NCBI GenBank assembly: GCA_950097015.1
Contig: CATNEN010000003.1
Coordinates: forward strand, 7,750,001 to 7,814,000
Length of the DNA: 64,000 nt
Direction: 5' to 3'
DNA from: Macrostomum hystrix
Taxonomy: Eukaryota > Animalia > Platyhelminthes
Both the position numbers and the translations under genes were made by a program. The notes below the pieces were generated by a model. It did not search any database and was not told the DNA's origin. It was given only the letters and a program-made list of their open reading frames with translations. Positions 40,901 to 52,625 of this stretch are shown here, one piece after another; positions within the stretch are counted from its first letter, which is position 1, and each line of letters begins with the position of its first letter.

Positions 40901-41589
40901 AGAAGTGTTTTTAACTTTTAAAATTCTTTTTAATTGCAGTAACAACATTCAAATTTTAGATTTATTATTTCAGTTTCTTATATATTTTTTTGTAAATCGA
41001 TACGAACTTTTTGATAGACAATTTTTTACAAAAAATCGTTATGCTTGGAATCTAGAATAAAGTGTAAAATGAAATAAAAAATGAAAAGATAATTATTGGG
41101 CCTTTAACATCACTAACAGCCTGTGAGAAAGCATTATACGTTAGCCTTGGGGGCTGCAATTTTAAGATGAATGGTTGAATTCCAGAAGGCCCTATTTTAA
41201 AATGAATTTTCGCATTGTCTCCATGGAAACTGGGATTCTAGAGTGTTAGCGAAAGAAGTGTGTGCTTAATGCCTAAAAAATAAATATTTTCTGTCCAGAA
41301 CTTGTAGTCATCAGTAAACGGCATCATGTTAAAAAATTCATTGCACTCAAGCAAGCCTTTCTGTTCCTAGCAACAGGTTTGCTTAAATTGCTAAAAAATC
41401 ATTAAAATGGGCACTTGTGCTGCTCTGTCTATTGTAAAGATATTCAGGAAGATTTAGGCAGCGAAAAAATTAACATTTTCAAAAGAAGCAAAAAACAAAC
41501 AGTAAGCTAGCTAACAGTTACACTTTAATTCTGTCTCTTACGTTTTTGTTCCTGACTAGTCAGATTAAGCTTATGCTTAGCAATTTACG

Positions 41590-41730
41590 CTCCTGTCTAA
41601 CAGGTTACGCTCCTGTCTAACAGGTTATGCTTCTGTCTAACAGGTTATGCTTCTGTCTAACAGGTTATGCTCCTGTCTAACAGGTTATTCTCCTGTCTAA
41701 CTGGTTATTCTCCTGTCTAACTGGTTATGT
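41590..41730. repeat. 20-bp minisatellite (TCCTGTCTAACAGGTTATGC)
   Basis: About 7 units. Core TCCTGTCTAAC is the reverse complement of the 32355 repeat core. Confidence 0.85.
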
Positions 41731-41909
41731 ATTTCTACAGGAGTTCTGCTTTTTCATAGCTATCAAGAAACTTTCTACGAATTTACTTAAAGAGACACGT
41801 AGAGAACCTACGAGAATGTACATCAAAATAACCTCATACCTCACACCCTCTATCCTACGAGAATCTACACTTTAAAAACCTCACAACTCACACCCTCTAT
41901 CACACCCTC

Positions 41910-43623
41910 TGTCCATGGACACAGCGGGGAGGCGAGGGTCGCACATACCGCTAACCCCTGTAGGCCCTCAGAAAGGCGAGGGCGCGGGGCCGGTCAGGGT
42001 GGTCCGCCGGTCCGGCCTGCGCGCAGCGTTGTCTTCTGTAGGGAAGAACTTGTAGCTCGTCTTGTTGCCCGGAGGAACTGGACGAGCCGTGGAATGCTGT
42101 CGGGCTGGCAGATCTCGTCCATAGACGGGTTGGGCCCGAGGTAGCGTAGCCGGTCTCTGTTAAAGAAAGGACAGTGACATACAAAAATGCTCAGCATCTT
42201 CGTTGTCGTACTCACAAAAAGGACAGAGTTCACTCTCAAGGTCGCCCCGGAGGAAACAGTGCCTAGCGAGGTAGCCGTTGCCCGTGAGGGTCATGGCGAG
42301 GGCGTGGATATCCTTCCGGTTTTGGTTCAAAAGGATATTCCTAAGCCTGCGACACGGGCGCGGAACTGCGGCACGGGATTGCCGACAGTTCTGGGTGCCC
42401 GCCCATCTGTCCCTGTGGAGGGACTCAGCCCAGTCATCAATGAGGCGATTGATGACCGTGATGAGGATCGGGAGCAAGGGAGCAGGGCTCAGGAGAGAGC
42501 CAGAGCCACCTTGCTTGGCAAGGTATCCGCTAGCGGCTAGCTCGTTCCCTGGGAAGCCCGCATGCCCTGGGATCCAGCTCAGCCTGACCGTGTTGTTACG
42601 GGCCAGGAGGTTAAGTTGCCGGGCCCAGTCAGCGACTGTCCGGGAGCACGTGGTGGTGCGGCAAAGGGCTTGTATAAGGCCGCTTGGCTGTCAGAGTGGA
42701 TGATGATAGTCTCTCCTCTCGTATTCCTGGCATTCAGCTCTGCGGCACAGGAGCTGATGGCAAGGATTTCATTCTGGAAGACCGTAGAAAGTCTCCCAGT
42801 ATGTTGGGCATGAGTGGCGACGATGCGGCCGTTGATCAGGATGCAGACCCCAAAGCCGGCAAGGCCATCTTTAAGGGATCCGTCCGTATAGCAGTGGACT
42901 TCCTGGTGGTTCCAGTTGTCGTTAGCGCCTTTCCTCGAGGTGATGATGATTTTGTAGCGCTGGGTGAGGTTGAGAGTGCGTGGTTCGCCGTCAGATAAGA
43001 CGTGGAGTCCACCGCTATCTTTGAAGTCTCGAAGGCACAGATCGGTGTGAGGCAGAAGTTTGCGCTTTGCCATTGCTCATTGCGGCGTGAAGCGGACGCC
43101 CGCGTCAATGAGCCGACGCGCTGTTTTAGCGGCTTCCCTGCGGACAAAAATGTCCAACGGGGGAGCGTCGAGAAAGGCATTGAGGCCGTCGTAAGGAGCA
43201 GACGGTGGGGCACTCATGGTCATGCGACAGGCGCGCCCTTGCGTTTTCCTAAGTGCCTCCAGGCAGGTCCTCATCTGCAGGGCGCTGGCCCAGATCAAGC
43301 TGCCGTACGAGACAGCTGGCCTGACCATTGCAGTATAGATCCACCAGAGGCGCTTGGGGGTGAGCCCCCAGGTGGTGCCGACGGCCCTTCGCAGCTGCGC
43401 GAGGATCGCGAAGGCCCTCTTGGTTTTGGTTTGAACATGGGGAGACCAGTTCAGCCTATGGTCCAGGGTGATCCCTAGGCATTTGGTTTGCTTACAGAAG
43501 GAAATTTCCTTACCGTAAAGCCTAAGCGGCTGTATCTGCCACTTGTTTCTGCTGGTGAACATGATCACTGCAGTCTTGGTCTCAGAGAGCTTCAGACCAC
43601 AGCGACCCGCCCATTGTTCAGGA
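41910..43623 (-). mobile_element. LOA/R1-like LINE, 3' part (RT thumb, RNase H, C-terminal CCHC-type finger), degenerate
   Basis: ORFs 43077-43568, 42579-43073 and 42160-42477 give TTWGLTPKRLWWIYTAMVRP, YTDGS, HSDSQAA, LTGNGYL..H..CPFC..EDAEHF. One nonsense codon and frameshifts. Confidence 0.92.
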
Positions 43624-46600
43624 TGTTGTGTAATGATCGATGCTGGCTAGCCGTAGCCGATGTGAAGTCTTTCTCTTTCTCTCTCAGTGCACCTGCCCCC
43701 CAGTCCCCCATTGACGCGTACAATGTACATTGCTCACTGCACTTGACTAAACAATAATATATATATCGGCTCTCTGCCCATCGCTGGCTACAGCTACTGG
43801 CTACAGCGAGCCAGCGAACAAGGAGACCATCGAGAACAGCGTCATTCGAGATCAGATCGTCATCGGTGCGAACGACCCAGCTCTGAGGGAGAGGCTTCTC
43901 CGCGAGACAAAGCTGACGCTGGACCGCGCCATCCAGATGGGTCGAGCGTCGGAGACTTCGAAGCGGCAGGCTCGGACCCTGGCCACAGCGCAGATCAGCC
44001 GAGCAATGCCTGCACCCGCGCCAGCGTCCGTCGAGGCAGTTCAAGGCCGAACCAGCCGGTCGCAGCCCGCCAGCAATGCCAAGTCGGCTCGCAGCTGCGG
44101 CTTCTGCGGACAGCAGCATGAGCGGCGCAAGTGCCCGGCATTCGGTAAGACCTGCAATAACTGTGGTCGCGCAAACCATTTCTCGTCCGTGTGCCGCTCA
44201 GCTAAGAAGGTCAACGAGCTGGTGGAGAACACCGAGACCGAGTCCGCAGGTGATGGCCCGGCTGCAGCAATCATGACCGTGGAGCAGCCAGGTGCTCGAA
44301 CCAAGGCGCAAACCGACAGCTCGGCGATGATGGTGTGCCTGACTGTCACGGACTCTGGAAGAAAGCTGCAGTTCAAGGTGGACACCGGTGCGGACGTCAA
44401 CGTGATCCCTCTGAAACGGCTGATCCAGCTCGCCCCTGCAGCATCGATTGAGCCGACATCTTGGACTCTGACAACGTACAACAAGCAGCTACTGGACGTG
44501 GTCGGCATCACGTACTTGACTGTGTCTTCGCCCTGCCGGAAGAATGCCCGACTGCAGTTTGTTGTTGTCGGCGAGAACTCCACGCCCATCATCGGCTGGA
44601 AGTCAGCGATTGAGGAGCTGCAGCTGGTCAAGAAGCTGTTCTCGTTGCAGCAGAGTCTAAGCAGCATCAGCAAGGTGAGCAAGCAGCAGTTATCGGAACT
44701 GAACTCCAGCCAGTTAAAGGCCAGCTTCCCAGAAGTATTCAACGGCGTTGGTTGCATGAAGCAGCCATACACCATTCAACTGTCGGACAACGCAGTGCCT
44801 AAAGTGCAGCCTCCTCGCAAGGTGCCATTTGCTGCGTATCAACCTCTGAAGTGCGAGCTGGAGAGACTGGAGAAGGAAGGAACGATCGCGCGAGTCGACG
44901 AACCGACGCAGTGGGTCTCCAATGTGGCCATCGTGTGGAAGAAGGACGGCTCGATGCGACTGTGTCTAGATCCGACCTACCTGAACAGGTTCATCATCAG
45001 AGAGTACCACCCGATCCCCACCGCCGAGGAAGTTCGAGCTGCGACTGCTGGAGCCATCCTGTACAGCTCATTCGATGCGAACGAGAGCTTTCACCAACTA
45101 AAACTCGATGATGAAAGCTCCTTCCTGACCACGTTCCACACCCCGTTCGGCCGATATCGCTGGAAACGAGTTCCATACGGTCTCTCATCCATTCCCGAGG
45201 TCTTCCAGAAGAGAATGGAAGAAAACGTCACAAACAACGTGAGAAACTCTAAGAACTTCTTTGACGACATCATCGTGTGGGGAAGAACAGTCGAGGAGCA
45301 CGACCAAGCTGTGCGAGAGCTCCTGGAGCAGTGCAAGCGTGCCAAGGTGACACTGAACCCACAGAAGATGCGAGTCGGTGTCCAAGAGCTCAACTACCTA
45401 GGCGATGTGCTCAGCTCGGAAGGGTTGCGAGCAGATCCAATGAAGGTCAAAGCCATCAAAGAAATGATCCGGCCGAATGATGTTGAAGGTCTCACTTCGA
45501 AGAAGGAGCAGCTAAGGCGATTTCTCGGCTGTGTGACTTACCTGGCCAAGTTTTGTCCTCATCTTTCCGCTACTGCAGAGCCGCTTAGACACCTGCTCAA
45601 GAAAGACGTCATTTGGAGCTGGACGCATCAGCACGACGAGGCGTACGACTCGATCATCACGGAGCTGTGTTCTAACAGGGTTTTGGCCACATTTGACGTC
45701 AGTAAGCCAGTCACCGTGTCTGTGGATGCCAGCAAGAGCGGCATCGGTGCTGTGCTACTCCAAGAGGACCGTCCGGTTGAGTTCGCTTCATCAGCCATGA
45801 CTAAAGCTCAGCAGGCATACGCGCAGATTGAGAAGGAGCTCCTGGCTATTGTGTACGGCTGCAAGAAATTTCACCGCTACCTCTGGGGCCGCACTGTCAA
45901 TGTCCAGAGTGACCATAAGCCACTGGAGTCCATCTTAAAGAAGCAGCTCTGTGACACCACGCCGCGCATCCAGCGCTTGCTGCTGCAGCTGCAGCCCTAC
46001 GACATTCGTGTGAAGTACACACCAGGAAAGGAGCTGTACGTTGCAGACACGCTAAGCCGAGCTCACGGAAAGACGGACAGCCTGACGCTTCTGCTGGAGG
46101 AAGCTTTGGACGGACAAGTGCTAGCTGTGGAGCGATGCTTCAGTGGAGACCGCGAGATTCTGACAATGATCAAGAAGGCCACGGCTGCAGACCAGACGAG
46201 CCAGCGTCTGCAGGAGGTCATTCAAACCGGATGGCCCGAGCATCGAAACCGACTACCTGACGATTTGAAAGTATTTTGGGATCTTCGCCATGATCTGACT
46301 TTCGTCTCAGGACTCCTATGCCTGAAGGACCGCATCTACGTGCCAGCCGGCAGCGCCAGAAGCTCGATCCTAAGAATTTTGCACGCTGGACACCCTGGAA
46401 TCGTCAAGATGGACCTGAAAGCCAAAGATTATTTTTACTGGCCAGGAATGCGCACCTGCATCGAGCGAACTGTCAGCCAGTGCGAGGCCTGCCAGCGTAA
46501 CATGAAGGCCCAGTCAAAGGAGACTTTGATGATCGTTGAAATGCCCGAGTTTCCGTTCCAAGTCTGCTCGACCGACTTGTTCGAGTTCCGTGGCGCTGCG

Positions 46601-48076
46601 CACCTGGTGTACGTAGACGCCTACAGCCACTGGATGAGCATCACCCGCCTGCGGTCGACAACAAGCCTGGCAGTAGTTCAGGTGCTCCAAGACCATTTCC
46701 AGAACTTTGGAGTGCCAGAGAAGCTCATCAGTGACAACGGGCCGCAGTTCACCGCAGGAGAGTTCCGCCAGTTCATGAACAGATTTCAAGTGGAGCACCG
46801 GACATCGAGTCCGGCCTACCCGCAGTCCAACGGCAAAGCAGAGCGATATGTGCAGACTGCCAAGAATATGATGAAGAAGTGCCAGGAGACTGGACAGAGC
46901 CTGGCACTGGCCCTTTTGCACTATCGCAACACGCCGGTCGGCAGCGGCTTCCCCAGCCCGGCGGAAATGGCGTTTGGCCGGAAACTGCGGTGCGACCTGC
47001 CGACAACGGTGCAAGATCTGCGGCCTCGGGAGACCTACGTGCATGCCAGCATCGAAGCATTCCAGAAGGAGCGGACCCGGGCAGCTCAGCTCTACAACCG
47101 CGGTGCGCGCGCACTTCGACGCTTGGAGGTCGGCGAGCCAGTCTGGCTTCAGTGCGATCGTCGGAACTGGGTGGCTGCCGAGGTCGACAGCGAGGTGGAC
47201 GGCAGCCCGCGGTCGTACTGGCTTCGCACAGAGTCGGGCCAGCTGCTCAGGCGCAACCGGCGGTTTATCAGGCCACGTGAGATCGGCGTGCCATTCCATG
47301 AAAGCTACCCAGTGGCTGATGAGGATGTCAATCTGTCGGAGGCGGACGACCAGCAGGCACCCGTGCAACCGGCCGTGCAACCGGCCGTGCAACCGGCCGT
47401 GCAACCGGCGACAGAGCAGCCTGCAGAGCCAGTGCAGCCAGCTGAGGAGCCGGCATCTGTGCAACCGTGCTCAAGCTCGGACGACTCTGGGTTCCGGACC
47501 AAGCGAGGTCGGCTTGTCCATCAGCCGCAGAGGTACCAGGCCTCGTGGTGAACTATTGAGTGAAAAATGACTGTTGACTGAATTTAAATGAACTGGAAGC
47601 TCTTTTTAAGTTCCTATAATTTTGGTGAAAGGAGGTATGGCAGAAGTTGATGTGTTGTCTTTGCTGCTCAAGCGTGCGATTTAACAAACGGTCTAAAATG
47701 ATATTTTTCCACATTAATATTGTATTGTTCCATATGATCGTAAAATATTTCAATGTTTTTAGTTTTCCCCATTCAACTGTTTTCGTGCGACTCCATTCGT
47801 GCTACTATATTCGTTCTACTCTTTTCGTGCCATTATATTCGTACTTTTCAATGTAAGGAGGTGTTGTGTAATGATCGATGCTGGCTAGCCGTAGCCGATG
47901 TGCAGTCTTTCTCTTTCTCTCTCAGTGCACCTGCCCCCCAGTCCCCCATTGACGCGTACAATGTACATTGCTCACTGCACTTGACTAAACAATAATATAT
48001 ATATCGGCTCTCTGCCCATCGCTGGCTTTAAGCGTTTCGTAGCTCGCACACACTCGCCTTGACTTCTAACATAACA
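43624..48076 (+). mobile_element. Ty3/Gypsy LTR retrotransposon (Mag-like), nested in the LINE, 5' end internally deleted
   Basis: TG...CA termini; TSD CAGGA at 43619-43623 and 48077-48081. 3' LTR 47862-48076 is preceded by a purine tract AAGGAGG. 5' LTR covers only 43624-43789. One mismatch seen between LTRs. Confidence 0.95.
43937..47551 (+). CDS. Gypsy Gag-Pol polyprotein (zinc knuckles, protease, RT, RNase H, integrase); N-terminal gag missing
   Basis: CNNCGRANHFSSVC knuckle, VDTGAD protease, RLCLDP/FFDDII RT, DAS/YAQIEKELLA/DHKPL RNase H, HAGHPG..CEAC and SDNGPQF..SNGKAER integrase. The frame stays open upstream through IRDQIVIG..LRERLLRE gag sequence. Confidence 0.96.
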   Translation: MGRASETSKRQARTLATAQISRAMPAPAPASVEAVQGRTSRSQPASNAKSARSCGFCGQQHERRKCPAFGKTCNNCGRANHFSSVCRSAKKVNELVENTETESAGDGPAAAIMTVEQPGARTKAQTDSSAMMVCLTVTDSGRKLQFKVDTGADVNVIPLKRLIQLAPAASIEPTSWTLTTYNKQLLDVVGITYLTVSSPCRKNARLQFVVVGENSTPIIGWKSAIEELQLVKKLFSLQQSLSSISKVSKQQLSELNSSQLKASFPEVFNGVGCMKQPYTIQLSDNAVPKVQPPRKVPFAAYQPLKCELERLEKEGTIARVDEPTQWVSNVAIVWKKDGSMRLCLDPTYLNRFIIREYHPIPTAEEVRAATAGAILYSSFDANESFHQLKLDDESSFLTTFHTPFGRYRWKRVPYGLSSIPEVFQKRMEENVTNNVRNSKNFFDDIIVWGRTVEEHDQAVRELLEQCKRAKVTLNPQKMRVGVQELNYLGDVLSSEGLRADPMKVKAIKEMIRPNDVEGLTSKKEQLRRFLGCVTYLAKFCPHLSATAEPLRHLLKKDVIWSWTHQHDEAYDSIITELCSNRVLATFDVSKPVTVSVDASKSGIGAVLLQEDRPVEFASSAMTKAQQAYAQIEKELLAIVYGCKKFHRYLWGRTVNVQSDHKPLESILKKQLCDTTPRIQRLLLQLQPYDIRVKYTPGKELYVADTLSRAHGKTDSLTLLLEEALDGQVLAVERCFSGDREILTMIKKATAADQTSQRLQEVIQTGWPEHRNRLPDDLKVFWDLRHDLTFVSGLLCLKDRIYVPAGSARSSILRILHAGHPGIVKMDLKAKDYFYWPGMRTCIERTVSQCEACQRNMKAQSKETLMIVEMPEFPFQVCSTDLFEFRGAAHLVYVDAYSHWMSITRLRSTTSLAVVQVLQDHFQNFGVPEKLISDNGPQFTAGEFRQFMNRFQVEHRTSSPAYPQSNGKAERYVQTAKNMMKKCQETGQSLALALLHYRNTPVGSGFPSPAEMAFGRKLRCDLPTTVQDLRPRETYVHASIEAFQKERTRAAQLYNRGARALRRLEVGEPVWLQCDRRNWVAAEVDSEVDGSPRSYWLRTESGQLLRRNRRFIRPREIGVPFHESYPVADEDVNLSEADDQQAPVQPAVQPAVQPAVQPATEQPAEPVQPAEEPASVQPCSSSDDSGFRTKRGRLVHQPQRYQASW

Positions 48077-48081
48077 CAGGA

Positions 48082-48706
48082 GAGCGGATGAAATTCTGAA
48101 GGAGGTCCCTGAGAGTATCAGGGGATGGGCCAGACGGCACAGCAGTAACATCGTCCGCATAACCCACCTTCAGGATTGGGTCAGGACGAGCGTCCCGGAG
48201 GAGCTCGTCAATGACCATGTTCCAGAGAATAGGAGAGAGAACCCCTCCCTGCGGGCTCCCTTTGCGGACGGGGACCGTCCGTTGGTGGCCCAGCAGGTTG
48301 GCAGTGACCGTGCGACGACTGATCATATACATGATCCATCTGGTGAGGGACGAGTGAGTGTGTCTCTTACAAAGGGCTTTGCGGAACGCCTCGAAGAGGA
48401 CGTTGTCAAAGGCACCATCAATGTCCAGGAAGACACTTAAGGCGAAGCCGTTCCCAAGCACAGCAGCTTTTTCCAGTTTGTCGACCAGAACGTGCAGCGC
48501 GCTTTCGGTGGAGCGACCCGCCCGAAAAGCATGCTGGTTGTCGCTGAGCAGCGCGTTCTTCAGTTCCACTGAGAGAAGGCGCCAAAGCACAAGTCTCTCC
48601 ATCAGCTTGACCAGGAAGGTGGTTAGGCTGATGGGCTGAAGGATTTAATGGACTGGTAGTCCGGGCGGCCTGGCTGCGGGATAAAAATCACATTCGCCTC
48701 GGTCCA
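48082..48706 (-). mobile_element. LOA/R1-like LINE, 5' part of the copy split by the Gypsy (RT core), 5'-truncated
   Basis: QHAFRAGRST, FLDIDGAFDNV, PQGGVLSP, YADD. Removing the Gypsy and one TSD restores LLQNFIRSPEQWAGRCGLKLSETKTAVIMFTS in frame. Confidence 0.93.
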
Positions 48707-49098
48707 TCAACTTCAAAAAGTCAACTTCACCTCACACCCTCTATCCTACGAGAATCTATACTTCAAAAGCCTCACAACTTCCACACTGTATCTTACTAGT
48801 AATTGTGCACTTCATGAATCTACACCTTCCACTTCACTCTCAGTCTGAATAAACCTACATTTTTATGTACTCGTAATTATTATTTAATGGCTTCACAAGT
48901 CCTATGTTTGGTTAAGAAATAAACGATTTTTGTCATCATTTATGGCCATAGACAAAAATAGTTGCCAGAAATTTTTCCGACTCTAATTTATTCAAAAGCC
49001 CGAGAACTTACTGAATTATAATTACATTTTAAATAAAAAAACTACTAAACAAACTCCGTAAAAACGTGCCGGGAAAGTACCCGATCGAACTGTGGTAG

Positions 49099-49794
49099 AT
49101 GCAGACACAGAACAGGCGTGGCACTGCAACTGTGCTTCAACCGAAAGCTAGTCGATTGCGCCAATGTGTGAAAAAGTGGCCGAACTGCTTCGACGACACA
49201 ACCTCGTCGGCAGAGGCTTATTATGTACAGCGGCCAAACATGTCAATTCTTAAATCTGTTAGGTTATTGGAAACACCGACCCATTGGAAAGCAACCCAGC
49301 AGCAGCTGCAGCAGCAGCAGCAGCTATGTTCGAAGCCACCGAAGCCACTGCAAGGTCATATCCGAACGTTTGTCGACAACAGCGATGATACCTATGAAGA
49401 GCAGCAGAGTGAGTTGAACGCGCGTATTTCTAGTCATTTAGACGACTTAAAAACTCTTATAATGCAGATAAACGAAAGGAAAAGTGTGCTTCCCTTCAAT
49501 CACACAACTGCTGTTGCTAAGTCTTTACCGCAGAACAACAGAACTTCAGATCAGAAAAAGCGGCAGAAGCGGCGTCAACAAAATAATGAGCAGCAACAGC
49601 ACCCTCTGCACTCGACTGCTTGGCACAATTCAATATTTTCGCAACCGAATTTTCAACGCAGACAGTCGATTGCACCCGCGTCTTCGACTTATTGCGCATA
49701 TACAAAACCGCTACCGCCAACAATTGGAAAATCTATACTGTCACAGTTTCTTAGAAACTATAAAGACGGACGATTCATCTACTGTCGATCTTAA
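49099..49794 (+). CDS. Hypothetical Q-rich protein, 231 aa, with a short predicted coiled coil
   Basis: ATG-to-stop ORF with coding-like composition in AT-rich surroundings. No recognised domain; upstream exons are possible. Confidence 0.5.
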   Translation: MQTQNRRGTATVLQPKASRLRQCVKKWPNCFDDTTSSAEAYYVQRPNMSILKSVRLLETPTHWKATQQQLQQQQQLCSKPPKPLQGHIRTFVDNSDDTYEEQQSELNARISSHLDDLKTLIMQINERKSVLPFNHTTAVAKSLPQNNRTSDQKKRQKRRQQNNEQQQHPLHSTAWHNSIFSQPNFQRRQSIAPASSTYCAYTKPLPPTIGKSILSQFLRNYKDGRFIYCRS

Positions 49795-50795
49795 TTGACT
49801 ACAGTTAGCGGAACGACAATGAAGAAAACTAACAAGAACATTTTTAAATTTTTGTTTCATTGCTTTATCGGAACGCTTTAAAGTTTGCAGTCGTACATGA
49901 ATTTCCATGAAACGGCCATTTACAAAAAAATAATAATGATTTTCAAGCTGTCGTGCCGTAGTATAACAAGGCGAACTCTTGTCCCAAGAGATTGCTCAGC
50001 TAAGCTCAGCTAGCTCAACTGATGGCCACTCTGGCCCTTTATATCATTTTGAACATGACTGACGGCAACGTGCCGCCCACAGCATAATGTAAATACGAGC
50101 TATAGCACAATCAACCAGAGCAACGTGCCGCATGTGGACGCTATACGAACAAGTACATTAAGTGAACAAGTACATTAGTTTTGCGAACAGATACGGACAG
50201 TACAGCAGAGATAGTTAATGATCATGAGCATATTTAACTAGTCAAGCGGCGCCACACAAGCAATTTCGTTCATTAGAATTTAAATCGATAATTTGGGGCT
50301 ATATAGATTTGCTGGACTCGTAATAATCTGTTTTACATTATAAAATAACTTCTGAGTAATCGTTTTTACGAGTCCTGCTACTATTTGTTCATTTAAATTC
50401 TATTTTTACTTCGTCATTCTTTTATCTGGACCGTTAACAAATTTAATCAATGTATAACTCTCAAAAGAGCATTATAAAAAAGGTAATTAAAAATTTTCTT
50501 ATCGAGCTTGTAAATTCGGGAACGTACGTTTTATTTTAGCTCTTATATTTAAAGCACCTGCATATATTTAAGTAGTTTAAAAAAACATAATATGATTAAC
50601 GTACAGGATTTCTAAAAAGCATGTCGTGTAAAAATCTACTAAACGAAAAAATAAACTCGCTTTTGCAAAATATATATTTAAACAAAAAATCAAAGTGCTA
50701 TTGTATTTTGCTAGCATAGCAAGCAAAAATAATAAGACGTTGAAAATTATAATTTTGTTAGATAATTTTTCTGCATGTATTGGAAAATATTTATA

Positions 50796-52625
50796 TCTAT
50801 ATATATAAAAGTGAAAACTCTGTCTGTCTGTCTGTGTGTGTGTGTGTGTGTGTGTGTGCAACCTTTTGTCTTTATCTATATATATAAAAGTGAAAACTCT
50901 GTCTGTCTGTCTGTGTGTGTGTGTGTGTGTGTGTGCAACCTTTTGTCTTTATAGACGCCGAAACCGCTCAACCAAATCGCACCAAACTTTGCACATACCT
51001 AAAACCACCTACGCTGAGTGCAATAGGCTACTCAAATTCCCGAAAAATCATTTCCTTCCTGCTCAAAAGTGCAAAAAACTGCTCAAAAATCGTCAAAAAA
51101 TCACTCAATTCGACATATCGTCGCCCCACTTTGTCAGATTTTCTCCAAATTTGATCCACTTACACTTTACATGTTTTCCAACAATGCTGTCAATTTTGAA
51201 CATCTCTACTCAATCCAGAGCAAAGCTGCATCATCTCAAAGTGAGTCACTTTTTGTTTTCCGAGGACAGCCACCCCAACTCCCCTCCGCCACTCTGCGGG
51301 CCAAATTTTATTACAGCCACCCCCTCCCTTCCCCGGGCGCCGAAGCCCCAGACTGTACATTGTATTTCAAGCCGTGAATGTACACAGCCCAAACCCCTAG
51401 ACTGTCTACTGGCCCCCAAGCAGCACTGAGACTGAGTGCGGTGAGTGCGGTGGCGTCCCAGTGCGCAGGGCTCTCCGGTCGATATTTCTCTCCAGCCAGC
51501 CTGGGATAGAAGAAAGAGAGAGGCTGGCGTTGACTGGCTGTCAGAGAGGGCAATTCTGTGTCCTAGAAATGATGCCGCCAACGAAATTAACTACCAACTG
51601 CTTCAGGAGTTGCCAGGTGCAGTTTTCACCTACAAGTCAATTGATACAACGTTGACTGATGACACCGCTGTGGAGTATCCTGTTGAGTTTCTGAACTCTC
51701 TAGATCCTCCTGGAACTCCATCGCACAACTTGCAGCTGAAAGTTGGGGCACCAATTATGCTCCTCCGCAACCTGAATGCGCCAAGGCTGTGTAACGGCAC
51801 CAGACTGATAGTCAGGCGGCTCTTCCTACACGTGATTGAGGCCACGATAATGACTGGATCTGGCAGAGGAGAGTCTGTGTTCGTTCCCCGGATTCCAATT
51901 ATCCCCACGGACCTGCCATTTCAGTTCAAGCGACTGCAGTTCCCTGTGAGAGTGTGCTTTGCGATGACTATTAACAAGGCTCAGGGACAGTCGCTGAAGG
52001 TGGCTGGCATCAACCTGGAGACTCCTTGCTTCTCGCATGGGCAGCTTTATGTCGCCTGCTCCCGTGTTGGAACTCCAGCTGGCCTATTCATTTTCGCACC
52101 AAGGGGAAGAACGAAGAATGTGGTGTATCCCCAGGCCTTGAGGTGACTCGCAAGCAATTAATAGAAAAGTAGTCACGAATTGACCTTGACCTGTCTAACT
52201 CTGAACTCTGAAACAGTTTAATTTTGTTTCTTTGACATTGTTATTGTTATGCCATGGCTATTTTCCTTATGTATACGCGTGTACATGCATACTGTATACA
52301 GAGGCAGATTTAGGGGGGGGGCGGGGGGGCAGTCGCCCCCCTAAATTTTAATCATGGGAATAAGATGCCCCCACCAGGGGCGCCAGTCGCAGTATAGAGG
52401 AGTGGCTAAGAGACATGTTTCTAAAGAAGTAATCAAGAGGGGGCTGTTTGGACAAACTTTTCACTTATTTTTTACTTAAAACGCCCTTAAACAAACTCTT
52501 CACTTTTCATTAATGCAGTAAATAAATAAATGGTGACCTTCACTATAAAGTTAATACAGAGACGTGAATTGCTTACTGCTTTGCTTTAAATTTCTGCCCC
52601 AAAAACAACGGGCAAAAAAAGCTAG
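50796..52625 (+). mobile_element. Non-autonomous Helitron retaining the helicase C-terminus
   Basis: 5' TC and 3' CTAG preceded by hairpin TGCCC-N-GGGCA; inserted between A and T. 5' head with (CTGT)n(GT)n is duplicated (50796 and 50875). Confidence 0.88.
51445..52146 (+). pseudogene. Helitron PIF1-family helicase C-terminal fragment
   Basis: WLSERAILCPRN, LKVGAPIMLLRNL, LCNGTRL, RLQFPVRVCFAMTINKAQGQSL, FSHGQLYVACSRV, TKNVVY. Lacks Rep domain and Walker A. Confidence 0.92.

Noticed and set aside
44041-47570. Antisense and alternate-frame ORFs over the Gypsy and LINE regions
   Set aside because: Shadows of GC-rich coding sequence with no independent motifs.
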